In this document: positions 1 through 8,433 of the stretch, one piece after another
Position numbering within the stretch: position 1 is the first letter of the stretch
How the letters are laid out: every line of letters starts with the position of its first letter
Source: Candidatus Saccharimonadota bacterium
Lineage (GTDB): Bacteria; Patescibacteriota; Microgenomatia; UBA1406; GWC2-37-13
Assembly: GCA_001790095.1 (NCBI GenBank)
Contig: MGBH01000001.1
Location: 1,170,001-1,202,000, forward strand
DNA: 32,000 bases
Direction of reading: 5' to 3'
The notes under the pieces: generated by a model
What the model saw: only the letters and a program-made list of their open reading frames with translations
Database searches by the model: none
What the model was told of the DNA's origin: nothing
Program-made: the position numbers and the translations under genes

Positions 1-845
1 GATACATACACATCGGGGATAAGATAATAGCCTGAAGTACCTTTTGATGATTGTATTATGGATACACCTTCTTTATATTGGTAAAACTGGATCATATATT
101 CTTGTTTTGATTCCACGATCCTAATCGTAAGTATGGGTAGACTGTCCAAGGCATTTCCTGAAGAACCGATGATATCTGATGCGGTAAGGTTTTTGAGGTT
201 GTCCAGGAAATAAGTGACAGGATTTATCAAAGCTTTTTTATCACCTATCATCCAGTCACTTTTCTTTTTGACAAGCAAGACATCTCCCTCATCGCTGTTT
301 ATTGATATGGATTTAATTTGAGATTCATTTTTCAAGAGGTGTGTTTTTAAGTCGCGAAAATCTTCATCTAAAGATATATTTGCTAGTCCATTTCCCAAAA
401 ACACCTCATCTTCATCATTGAGTTTGGCATAACAAATATCACCAGTATGTTCTTTACCGACATAGATCGTATCATTCTTATCTTGAGTCTTTATAACTAT
501 GCTTTGTATTCCAATTCCAAGTTCAATATGTTTATTTATATTTTTTGACACAATGGTTTCTTTCGTGATTCCGTTTAGTGTTTTGATCAAAGCTTGAACT
601 TTTTCCAAATCGGCATTATAGATCTGACCATCTTTTTTTATGGTCCATTTCGTTTTATCCTTTACAACCGTTTGTTTTTTTTGTTCTCCTGTTAGAGTAA
701 GGCTGATGATGTCCTGCTCATTAAGCGTAAAAATGAAAGGCTGTTTGGAGGGAAGAAACAAAGAGGTGTTTGTGCGTATGACAAGTAGCGTAATAATAAA
801 GAGACAGGCAGCAAGCAGAATGAGTCTTTTGCGATTTTTTTCCAT
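1..845 (-). CDS. Membrane-anchored DUF4340-like protein. Partial: the 3' end runs off the window, and it is not in the supplied ORF track.
   Basis: I translated the minus strand by hand from the ATG (complement of 843-845). It stays open for 281 codons down to base 3. The product starts MEKNRKRLILLAACLFIITLLVIRTN (N-terminal TM anchor) and continues ...KDKTKWTIKKDGQIYNADLEKVQALIKTLNGITKE.... This resembles DUF4340 proteins, which usually accompany GldG-type ABC auxiliary proteins. The family assignment is from memory, not a search. Confidence 0.6.
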   Translation of the reverse strand, partial: MEKNRKRLILLAACLFIITLLVIRTNTSLFLPSKQPFIFTLNEQDIISLTLTGEQKKQTVVKDKTKWTIKKDGQIYNADLEKVQALIKTLNGITKETIVSKNINKHIELGIGIQSIVIKTQDKNDTIYVGKEHTGDICYAKLNDEDEVFLGNGLANISLDEDFRDLKTHLLKNESQIKSISINSDEGDVLLVKKKSDWMIGDKKALINPVTYFLDNLKNLTASDIIGSSGNALDSLPILTIRIVESKQEYMIQFYQYKEGVSIIQSSKGTSGYYLIPDVYV

Positions 846-871
846 AAATGATAAAATATTATACTATTCTT

Positions 872-1417
872 ATGCATAGTAATGAAGAAAAGATAATAAA
901 GAAACTTGCAAATCGGGACGAAAGAACTCTCCTTTTGTTTTATCGAACGCATCATAAACTACTTGTTCATTTTTTTGAAAAAAAAATTGGAAAGAAAGAT
1001 GTTGCTGAAGAGTTAGCTCAGGACACATTGATAGACCTTATCGAAAATTTACGTGATTTCCGAGGGGAGTCTTCTCTTAAAACATATTTATTTTCGATAG
1101 CAAGAAATAAGATTGTGGACTACATAAAAAAGAAAAAGCTCAAAACGATCTTTTTTTCAGCTCTTCCTTTTCAAATGGTTGAAAACATAATGACAGTTTT
1201 TATGGATGATGGGATCGAAAGAAAAGAATTATCTCAAAAAATAGAGAGAGTAATTACAAAATTGCCGAATGATTATCAACTTATCATAAGACTAAAGTAT
1301 ATGGATGGGGAAAGAGTAAGAGAAATAGCAAAAAAAATGGCGTTGCCATTCAAAGCCACCGAAAGCCTTTTATTTAGGGCACGAAGGGCATTTATAAAAG
1401 CGTTTGACACAGATTAA
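872..1417 (+). CDS. ECF-type sigma-70 family RNA polymerase sigma factor
   Basis: Region 2-like segment: AEELAQDTLIDLIENLRDFRGESSLKTYLFSIARNKIVDYIKKKK. Region 4-like HTH: LPNDYQLIIRLKYMDGERVREIAKKMALPFKATESLLFRARRAFIKAF. The ORF track starts at 848. I prefer the ATG at 872 because the divergent gene's start codon ends at 845. Confidence 0.8.
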   Translation: MHSNEEKIIKKLANRDERTLLLFYRTHHKLLVHFFEKKIGKKDVAEELAQDTLIDLIENLRDFRGESSLKTYLFSIARNKIVDYIKKKKLKTIFFSALPFQMVENIMTVFMDDGIERKELSQKIERVITKLPNDYQLIIRLKYMDGERVREIAKKMALPFKATESLLFRARRAFIKAFDTD

Positions 1418-1423
1418 TCTCAT

Positions 1424-1657
1424 ATGAAATCAAATTATGCTGGTCTAAGAAATAAGATAAGAGAAGTTTATCTCGTTGAACCAAACGATCTAGGAATACC
1501 TTTGTTGACCTCTCTTTACCGCAAAGTAAACAGATATTTTAAAAAAATGCCATTCGTTATCGTTATCCCGTTGGCTTTTATCCTGGCAATAACGCTTTAT
1601 ATTTTATTTGGATACTTGGTCGTCCGTTTGGCAAGCATGCTCCAATATGGATTCTAA
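1424..1657 (+). CDS. Small single-pass membrane protein, possible anti-sigma factor
   Basis: The 77-aa ORF begins 6 nt after the sigma gene. It has a roughly 40-aa cytoplasmic N-terminus followed by one hydrophobic helix (PFVIVIPLAFILAITLYILFGYLVV). No zinc-binding HxxxCxxC anti-sigma motif is present, so the function rests on position only. Confidence 0.4.
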   Translation: MKSNYAGLRNKIREVYLVEPNDLGIPLLTSLYRKVNRYFKKMPFVIVIPLAFILAITLYILFGYLVVRLASMLQYGF

Positions 1658-2258
1658 AAACGTAGTATTCAATCTATTTGCTTCTTTTATAATCGTACTC
1701 CGGCGCTTTATCTTTCTCATCATAACCCCATATAAAACAATGAGAAAAATTTCAATGTATGGAGACTATTATCAAACAATAACTATTTTTTTAATGGTTT
1801 TTATATATTTCTTATTTGCCCATATGATGCGTGGATCTGTCATATGGGGAGGGTTTGTCTATGGTGTATTTCTCCTTCTCTTTTTCATAACCACACTCTT
1901 TTTTTATCTGTTTTCCCATGCGTTTGGTTCGGATATGAGATACATGAAGTTTATACATGCCTTTAGCTATACTCTTTTACCAACACTTATTTGGTTCATA
2001 ACAAATTTAATTTTATATATAGTACTTCCTCCTCCTCGCACCATGTCGTTTTTAGGAAAAGGATTCAGCATCTTCTTTATTGCATATTCTGTGAGTCTGC
2101 TTGTCTGGAAGCTCATTTTAGTTTATTTTGCTATCCGTTTTTCCTCGCGACTGGGGCTTTACCGAATCATATATATGTTTCTTTTTTATCTTCTTATCTT
2201 TGTTCCTCTTTCTCTTATCTTATATTACTTCAAGCTTTTTCGGGTTCCCTTCATTTGA
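1647..2258 (+). CDS. Polytopic membrane protein (Yip1-like topology), function unknown
   Basis: It has about five hydrophobic helices. The ATG at 1647 overlaps the upstream stop by 11 nt (the track start at 1608 is also possible). The Yip1-like call is a weak impression from the N-terminal ITPYKTMRKI segment plus the TM pattern. Confidence 0.5.
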   Translation: MDSKNVVFNLFASFIIVLRRFIFLIITPYKTMRKISMYGDYYQTITIFLMVFIYFLFAHMMRGSVIWGGFVYGVFLLLFFITTLFFYLFSHAFGSDMRYMKFIHAFSYTLLPTLIWFITNLILYIVLPPPRTMSFLGKGFSIFFIAYSVSLLVWKLILVYFAIRFSSRLGLYRIIYMFLFYLLIFVPLSLILYYFKLFRVPFI

Positions 2259-2298
2259 CGCGCGAATGATTCATAATATTTTCTAGACTACATTAGTA

Positions 2299-3225
2299 AT
2301 GGATATTAAACAAATATATTTAGTATCTCCCAGGGGGTTTTGTGCTGGTGTAAAAAGAGCAGTGGGTATAGTTGAAGCAGTATTAAAAAAATACGGTGCT
2401 CCCATATACATAAGACATCATATCGTACACAACGTGCATGTAGTGAAAGGCTTTGAGAGTCAAGGTGTGATTTTTATCGAAGAGCTAGAAAAAGTACCTG
2501 ATAAATCCGTTGTAGTTTTTAGCTCACATGGTAGTCCACCATCCTTATATACGATGGCAAAGAAAAAAAATCTGATCCTATATGATGCAACATGTCCCTT
2601 GGTAATAAAAGTTCATTTGGAAGCAAAACGATATGCAATGATGGGTTATTTTATTATCTACATTGGACAAAAAAATCATCCCGAAGCAATAGGGGTTTTA
2701 GGAGAAGTATCAAAGGAAAGCATAGTTCTTATTGAAAGGATAGAGGATCTAGATAAAGCTAGGATCCCAAAAAATAAAAAGAAAATTATTCTCACTCAAA
2801 CCACCTTAAGTTTTGATGATACGAAAATTCTTGTGGAACAGATTCAAAAAAAGTATCCACTCGTTATACTTCCACCAGTATTTGATATATGTTTTTCTAC
2901 CCAAAACCGGCAAAATGCAGTAAAAGCATTAGCAAGGAAAACAAAAACGATTATAGTAATTGGATCAAAGGCTAGTTCAAACAGTAATAAACTGAGATAT
3001 GTTGCTGAAAAAGAAGGGGCTAAGGCATACCTTATAGATGATGAAACTGATATTAATATCAAATGGTTTAAAAACATTGAGTCGGTTGGTATTACCGCAG
3101 GGGCATCAGCGCCGGAACAATTGGTAAAACGAGTAACAGCTTTCTTCTCAGGTGATCAAACGATTATTAAAGATATAGAAACTATTCGGGAAACAGTTGC
3201 ATTTCCCTTTCCAAAAAGCATATGA
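2299..3225 (+). CDS. ispH: 4-hydroxy-3-methylbut-2-enyl diphosphate reductase (IspH/LytB)
   Basis: The three cluster-ligand Cys contexts are present: PRGFCAGVKRA, DATCPLVIKVH and DICFSTQNRQ. Length is 308 aa. Confidence 0.93.
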   Translation: MDIKQIYLVSPRGFCAGVKRAVGIVEAVLKKYGAPIYIRHHIVHNVHVVKGFESQGVIFIEELEKVPDKSVVVFSSHGSPPSLYTMAKKKNLILYDATCPLVIKVHLEAKRYAMMGYFIIYIGQKNHPEAIGVLGEVSKESIVLIERIEDLDKARIPKNKKKIILTQTTLSFDDTKILVEQIQKKYPLVILPPVFDICFSTQNRQNAVKALARKTKTIIVIGSKASSNSNKLRYVAEKEGAKAYLIDDETDINIKWFKNIESVGITAGASAPEQLVKRVTAFFSGDQTIIKDIETIRETVAFPFPKSI

Positions 3226-4319
3226 AACATATAGTTGTGTTGGGATCTACGGGAAAAATTGGAAAAGCTGTCTTGGAGATTGTAAGGGCTTATAAAAACG
3301 AATTTAAAATTATTGGTCTCTCGACAAATAAAAATAAAGATTTGCTTAGGGAACAAATTCAAGAATTTAAGCCGCTAGCTGTAGGTGTTGGTGAAAAAGA
3401 TTTAGTTACTTTAGCTTCAATGCAACAAGCCGACATGGTAGTTGTTGCGGTTGTTGGTATGTCTGGGCTTGCTCCAACACTTGCCGCAATAAGGAAGGGT
3501 AAAGACATTGCCCTTGCCACAAAAGAAGTATTAGTTGTTGCAGGAGATCTGGTTATGAAGGAGGCAAGAAAACATAATGCTAATATCGTTCCTATTGATT
3601 CAGAGCATTCGGCACTATTTCAATCGTTACAAAGTGGAAGAAAAAACGAGATAAAACGACTTATTCTTACCATGGGAAAAGGACCGATTGCTAAGATGAA
3701 GAAGAAAGAGTTACGTAACGTAACAATCAAAGACATCCGAAATCGACCAGTATGGGATATGGGAAGCAAAATAATGATAGATAGCGCTACTTGCTTAAAC
3801 AAAAGTTTTGAGGTGATTGAGGCGCGTTGGTTGTTTGAGGTTTCTCCCGAACAAATTTCCATTGTTGTTCATCCTGAATATATTTGTCACTCGCTTGTTG
3901 AGTATAAAGATGGAAGCATTATTACAGAACTAGGTACTCCCGACATGAAACGTTATATTCAGTATGCACTTTTTTATCCTAAGAGGAAAGAGATGAGAGT
4001 TACGAAAGGAATAGACTTAGTTGGGAAAAAACTTAGCTTTGAAAAAGCACCTTTTGAAAAATTTCCCGGATTGCACTTGGGATTTGATGCAATTAAAAAA
4101 GGAGGGACAATGCCTGCAGTACTTCACGGCGCGGATGAAGCCGCTGTTAAATCTTTTTATGATGAAGAGATAGCCTTTGTTGACATACCACAGGTCATAA
4201 AAAACACAATGGATTCTCATGAGGTAACACAAAACCCTACACTAAAAAATATTCTTGAAGCAGAGATATGGGCGCAAACATATGCAAGATCTTTTATATC
4301 ACAAATGAAAAATGAATAA
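3222..4319 (+). CDS. dxr: 1-deoxy-D-xylulose-5-phosphate reductoisomerase
   Basis: N-terminal NADPH-binding motif VLGSTGKIGKAVLEI. PIDSEHSALFQ motif. It overlaps the ispH stop in ATGA. Confidence 0.93.
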   Translation: MKHIVVLGSTGKIGKAVLEIVRAYKNEFKIIGLSTNKNKDLLREQIQEFKPLAVGVGEKDLVTLASMQQADMVVVAVVGMSGLAPTLAAIRKGKDIALATKEVLVVAGDLVMKEARKHNANIVPIDSEHSALFQSLQSGRKNEIKRLILTMGKGPIAKMKKKELRNVTIKDIRNRPVWDMGSKIMIDSATCLNKSFEVIEARWLFEVSPEQISIVVHPEYICHSLVEYKDGSIITELGTPDMKRYIQYALFYPKRKEMRVTKGIDLVGKKLSFEKAPFEKFPGLHLGFDAIKKGGTMPAVLHGADEAAVKSFYDEEIAFVDIPQVIKNTMDSHEVTQNPTLKNILEAEIWAQTYARSFISQMKNE

Positions 4320-4989
4320 AACAATCTCAGTAATATTAACCGCTGCTGGTAATGGGTCAAGAATAGGAGCTCATAAGATTCTTATGTTGATTAAAGGTAA
4401 ACCCTTGATATGGTATACCTTGAAACACTTTAGTAGGGTAGAGAGAGTTGATGAAACTATTGTTGTAGCCAAACAGGAAGACTTTGAGAAACTACATTCC
4501 ATAGCAAAAGACGCTGGTATTTCAATAAAAACAGTTAAAGGAGGAAGTGAAAGGATAATTTCCGAATATAATGGTGTTATGGCTTCAAAGGGTGATTTTA
4601 TTATCACTCATGACGGATGTCGACCTTTCCCCCCCAAAAGAGTAATTGAAAACGTGATTAGTGCGGTCATAAAATATCCAGCAGTGACTGTTGGTGTGCA
4701 TCCAACAACAAGTATCAAATACAGTACTGGATCCTATATTCAAAAATCGCTCACAAGAAAATATACATACATGGGACAGACCCCACAAGGATTTAGGCGA
4801 AATATTATTATCAATGCACTTAAAAAGAATATTAAAAAGAAATTTTACATACCGACAGACGATGCTGAGTTGGTTGCCAATATGGGAATTAAGGTTAGAA
4901 TTGTTCAGGGAGATGAGGTTAATATAAAAGTCACACATCCCAAAGATGTGTTCATCGCAGAAAAAATATTAGAAGTTTATAAAGCATAA
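4312..4989 (+). CDS. ispD: 2-C-methyl-D-erythritol 4-phosphate cytidylyltransferase
   Basis: N-terminal ILTAAGNGSRIG (AAGxGxR P-loop-like motif). Length is 225 aa. It overlaps dxr by 8 nt. Confidence 0.9.
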   Translation: MNKTISVILTAAGNGSRIGAHKILMLIKGKPLIWYTLKHFSRVERVDETIVVAKQEDFEKLHSIAKDAGISIKTVKGGSERIISEYNGVMASKGDFIITHDGCRPFPPKRVIENVISAVIKYPAVTVGVHPTTSIKYSTGSYIQKSLTRKYTYMGQTPQGFRRNIIINALKKNIKKKFYIPTDDAELVANMGIKVRIVQGDEVNIKVTHPKDVFIAEKILEVYKA

Positions 4990-4992
4990 CAT

Positions 4993-5478
4993 ATGTTTAA
5001 AGTTGGAATAGGTCAAGACAGCCATAAAATTCAAAAACATACAAAATCAAAAAAACCTTTGATATTAGGCGGTGTAATCATAGATAAAAACATAGAGGTA
5101 AAGGCCGATTCGGATGGCGATATACTTATCCACAGTTTGTGTAATGCGATAAACACCGCACTAGGTTTGGGATCATTTGATATTTACGCTGGACCTTTAT
5201 GTAGGTCTGGAGTCACAGACAGTAAAGAATATCTCCTTATTGCTTCAAACAAGATTAAACAAGCAGGGTACTTGATTAGCAATATTTCAATCATGATCGA
5301 AGCAGGGTATCCTCGACTTGAAACCTACAGAAAGAAAATAGTTGCATCGCTTTCCGCGATACTACATCTTGATAAAAACAGTATAGGAATTGCCTCAACC
5401 AGCGGTGATGGTTTAACTAGTTTTGCAAAGGGAAAAGGCATCCAATGTTTTTCAATAGTTAGTCTTATGACAAAGTGA
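4993..5478 (+). CDS. ispF: 2-C-methyl-D-erythritol 2,4-cyclodiphosphate synthase
   Basis: VGIGQDSHKI and DSDGDILIHSLCNAI match the IspF metal-binding His/Asp motifs. Length is 161 aa. Confidence 0.9.
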   Translation: MFKVGIGQDSHKIQKHTKSKKPLILGGVIIDKNIEVKADSDGDILIHSLCNAINTALGLGSFDIYAGPLCRSGVTDSKEYLLIASNKIKQAGYLISNISIMIEAGYPRLETYRKKIVASLSAILHLDKNSIGIASTSGDGLTSFAKGKGIQCFSIVSLMTK

Positions 5479-6416
5479 TAAAAGCAAAGGCTTATGCAAA
5501 ATTAAATCTAAATCTTCACGTCCTGCCTGATCAAGAATATAAGCAAAAGACGGGCTATTATCCAATTCGTTTTATTAATTGTAATTTGGAATTGCATGAC
5601 GAACTATATTTTGAAGAGCAAAAAAGAACAATTGATTTTACTTGCGACGATAAAGAGCTTTCAAACGGAGATAATTTTGTCTATAAAACAGCATTTTTTT
5701 TAAAGTCTCTCATCAATGAAAAGGAACGAGGAATCAGAATTTTACTCAAAAAACATATTCCGGTTAAAGCTGGCTTGGGTGGAGGAAGCAGTGATGCAGC
5801 GACAACTTTATATTACTTATCAAGATTATGGAATATAAAATTAAATCAAAATCAAATCCATTTTTTGTTGGAAAAGATAGGAACAGACACTTTCTATTCT
5901 TATAAAGAAGGAGTTTGTGAGGTTGGTGGGTACGGAACTGAAAATACTTGTATTTTTAAAGTAAATAAAAACTGTTTTTTTCATAAAAGAAAATGTTTAT
6001 CGGTTAATAACACTGATAAAACATGCAAGTTGTCTCAAATTCCTCGGATATGGATGATATTAGTAAATCCCGAAAAGCAAAAACAATCAACTGCATGGAT
6101 GTATCATAACTTGAATCTTTCCAAAATAGGAAAGAATCTCGCTATGTATGATGCACTAAAACAAGCCATTCACAAAAAAAATAAGGGCAAGATAGTTAAA
6201 TCCGTATTTAATGATTTTGAACAGCTGGTAAAGGAAGGGGATGAAGAAACTTTGGAGATTGAAAAAAGATTATATAATATGGGAGCTGATAAAGTATTTA
6301 TTGCAGGCTCAGGACCAACTATTGTTGGATTATATTTATCTAAAAAAAAGTCGCTTGAGGCCTCTCAATATTTAAAAATTAAGTATAAACAAACTATATG
6401 GACACACACAAGGTAA
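5475..6416 (+). CDS. ispE: 4-diphosphocytidyl-2-C-methyl-D-erythritol kinase (GHMP family), with an internal insertion
   Basis: N-terminal AYAKLNLNLHV. GHMP motif IPVKAGLGGGSSDAATT. The GTG start overlaps the ispF stop (GTGA). An extra segment of about 26 aa relative to E. coli IspE is described in findings. Confidence 0.85.
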   Translation: MIKAKAYAKLNLNLHVLPDQEYKQKTGYYPIRFINCNLELHDELYFEEQKRTIDFTCDDKELSNGDNFVYKTAFFLKSLINEKERGIRILLKKHIPVKAGLGGGSSDAATTLYYLSRLWNIKLNQNQIHFLLEKIGTDTFYSYKEGVCEVGGYGTENTCIFKVNKNCFFHKRKCLSVNNTDKTCKLSQIPRIWMILVNPEKQKQSTAWMYHNLNLSKIGKNLAMYDALKQAIHKKNKGKIVKSVFNDFEQLVKEGDEETLEIEKRLYNMGADKVFIAGSGPTIVGLYLSKKKSLEASQYLKIKYKQTIWTHTR

Positions 6417-7522
6417 TGACTAGGAAAGAAACAAGGGTAGTTAAAATTGGAAAAATAAAAATTGGAGGAGGTAATTTGGTTTCAGTACAGTCGATGACAC
6501 AGACAAAGACTTATGATGTTGACTCTACTGTTAAACAGATTCATCTTCTTGAAAATGCAGGGTGTGAAATCATTCGAGTGGCAACATCGGACATGCAGTC
6601 TGCTAAAGCAATCGGCGAGATAAAGAAACAGATACATATTCCGCTCGTTGCAGATGTTCAATTTCAATATCTCTGTGCCCTTGAAGCTATAAAACAAGGT
6701 GTTGATAAGATAAGATTCAATCCAGGAAATATTGGTTCAAAGGAAAAAGTTGAAGCGATTGTCAACGCATGTAAAGATAAAAACATTCCCATACGGATTG
6801 GTATAAATATGGGTTCCCTTGAAAAGGATTTATTTGAGAAGTATGGCAAATATGGTGTTCCACGAGTTATGTTGGAGTCGGCTACCAGACACATAAAAAT
6901 ACTTGAAGATCTAAAATTTTATGACATTGTTATATCGCTTAAAGGCTCTGATGTCAATATAACAAAAGAGGCGCATTTGTTATTTGCGAGTAGGTTTAAT
7001 TATCCGTTACATGTGGGTATCACCGAAGCAGGTCCGGTTTGGAGCGGAACGATAAAAAGCGCGGTAGGTATAGGATCGATACTTTCTGAAGGAATTGGAG
7101 ATACAATAAGAGTATCAATCAGTGGCGACCCACAGGAGCAAGTACGGATTGGATGGGAAATATTGAAAACCTTGAAATTAAGACAAAAAGGAGTAGAAAT
7201 TATCTCTTGTCCAACATGTGGAAGAACAGAGATTGATCTCATCGGATTGGCTGCAAAGGTTGATACAATGCTTAAGTTGGTTGATGCCCCGATAAAAGTA
7301 GCCGTTATGGGATGTGTAGTAAACGGACCGGGGGAAGCAAGTTTTGCTGATATCGGATTATGTGGGGGGAAAAAACAAGCGGCGATAATAAAACAGGGTA
7401 GAGTGGTCAAAACCGTTCATGAAAAGGAGATGTTAAGAGTATTCATAGAGGAAATAAAAAAAGTACTCAAAGAAAAAAAATTCGAAAAGGAAATAAAAAA
7501 TATACGCAATAAATATGAATAA
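6416..7522 (+). CDS. ispG: 4-hydroxy-3-methylbut-2-en-1-yl diphosphate synthase (IspG/GcpE)
   Basis: VKIGKIKIGGGNLVSVQSMTQTKT at the N-terminus. C-terminal Cys ligands in ISCPTCGRTE and VMGCVVNGPGE. I prefer the ATG at 6416, which forms TAATG with the ispE stop. The track start at 6398 is the alternative. Confidence 0.92.
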   Translation: MTRKETRVVKIGKIKIGGGNLVSVQSMTQTKTYDVDSTVKQIHLLENAGCEIIRVATSDMQSAKAIGEIKKQIHIPLVADVQFQYLCALEAIKQGVDKIRFNPGNIGSKEKVEAIVNACKDKNIPIRIGINMGSLEKDLFEKYGKYGVPRVMLESATRHIKILEDLKFYDIVISLKGSDVNITKEAHLLFASRFNYPLHVGITEAGPVWSGTIKSAVGIGSILSEGIGDTIRVSISGDPQEQVRIGWEILKTLKLRQKGVEIISCPTCGRTEIDLIGLAAKVDTMLKLVDAPIKVAVMGCVVNGPGEASFADIGLCGGKKQAAIIKQGRVVKTVHEKEMLRVFIEEIKKVLKEKKFEKEIKNIRNKYE

Positions 7523-8432
7523 AGTTAAAGTATCAGCTCCTGGTAAATTATTGTTATTGGGAGATCATGCAGTGGTATATGGATATCCATGTTTGGTCAC
7601 CGCTGTTGATAAAAGACTGTACGTTGAGGCAAGAGTGATTGAGGCAGATAAGGATGATATAGTTACCCCTCAAGTAAAAGAGAGCAGATTTGTTTTGGAG
7701 TCTCTTGCTCATTTCAAAAAGAAATATAACATAGTTTCTTCAATCCGCATAAGAACAAAAGGTGATTTTTCGCATCGGGTCGGTCTTGGATCATCATCGG
7801 CGGTAACGGTCGCAACTTTTAAAGCATTAAGCGTACTTTTTAAGATTGATCTTACGAAAAAAGAGTTGTTTGACATGGCCTATCAAGTCACTCTACTTAT
7901 CCAGGGAGTTGGATCAGGATTTGATATTGCAGCTGCCACGTATGGTGAGACACTATACTATATTCGTGGGGGCAAGACGATTGAAACATTACCTATGAAA
8001 ACTCTTCCTTTAGTGGTTGGTTATTCAGGGATTAAAGCTGACACTCCTTTTTATATAAGGCAAGTTGCAGAGGCCTTTCGATTAAAAAAAGATGAGATGA
8101 AGCGCATATTTACCTCCATGCAGAATATAGTTGAGGAAGCAAGGGGAGCTGTTTTGAGGGGCGATATGAAAAATTTCGGGACCTGCCTTACGGCAAATCA
8201 CATGCTTTTGCAACAGCTAGGAGTGAGTACAAAAAAGCTTGATCTTATGGTGGAGGCTTCTTTAAAAAGCGGTGCTTGGGGAGCAAAACTCTCAGGAGCA
8301 GGGGGGGGAGACTGTATGATTGCGCTTGTCGATGATACTCTAAGGGGAAGCGTTGAGGATGCGATACGGAGTGTTGGTGGAAAGATAATTGAAGTACAAG
8401 TCAATACAAATGGTGTTACTATTGAAACATAA
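7515..8432 (+). CDS. mvk: Mevalonate kinase (GHMP family, archaeal-like)
   Basis: VSAPGKLLLLGDHAVVYG (motif 1). VGLGSSSAVTVA (motif 2). QGVGSGFDIAAA, which contains the catalytic Asp. KLSGAGGGDC (motif 3). It overlaps ispG by 8 nt. Confidence 0.8.
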   Translation: MNKVKVSAPGKLLLLGDHAVVYGYPCLVTAVDKRLYVEARVIEADKDDIVTPQVKESRFVLESLAHFKKKYNIVSSIRIRTKGDFSHRVGLGSSSAVTVATFKALSVLFKIDLTKKELFDMAYQVTLLIQGVGSGFDIAAATYGETLYYIRGGKTIETLPMKTLPLVVGYSGIKADTPFYIRQVAEAFRLKKDEMKRIFTSMQNIVEEARGAVLRGDMKNFGTCLTANHMLLQQLGVSTKKLDLMVEASLKSGAWGAKLSGAGGGDCMIALVDDTLRGSVEDAIRSVGGKIIEVQVNTNGVTIET

Positions 8433-8433
8433 T

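Noticed and set aside
640-955. Track ORFs 640-879 (+) and 692-955 (-) near the start of the window.
   Set aside because: Both are better explained as out-of-frame shadows of the 281-codon edge-truncated minus-strand gene (1-845) and of the sigma factor gene. Their translations have no protein-like features.
1991-2269. A 92-aa plus-strand ORF overlapping the five-TM membrane protein gene in another frame.
   Set aside because: It lies entirely inside the longer ORF, which has a coherent TM topology. There is no independent start context, so it is likely spurious.
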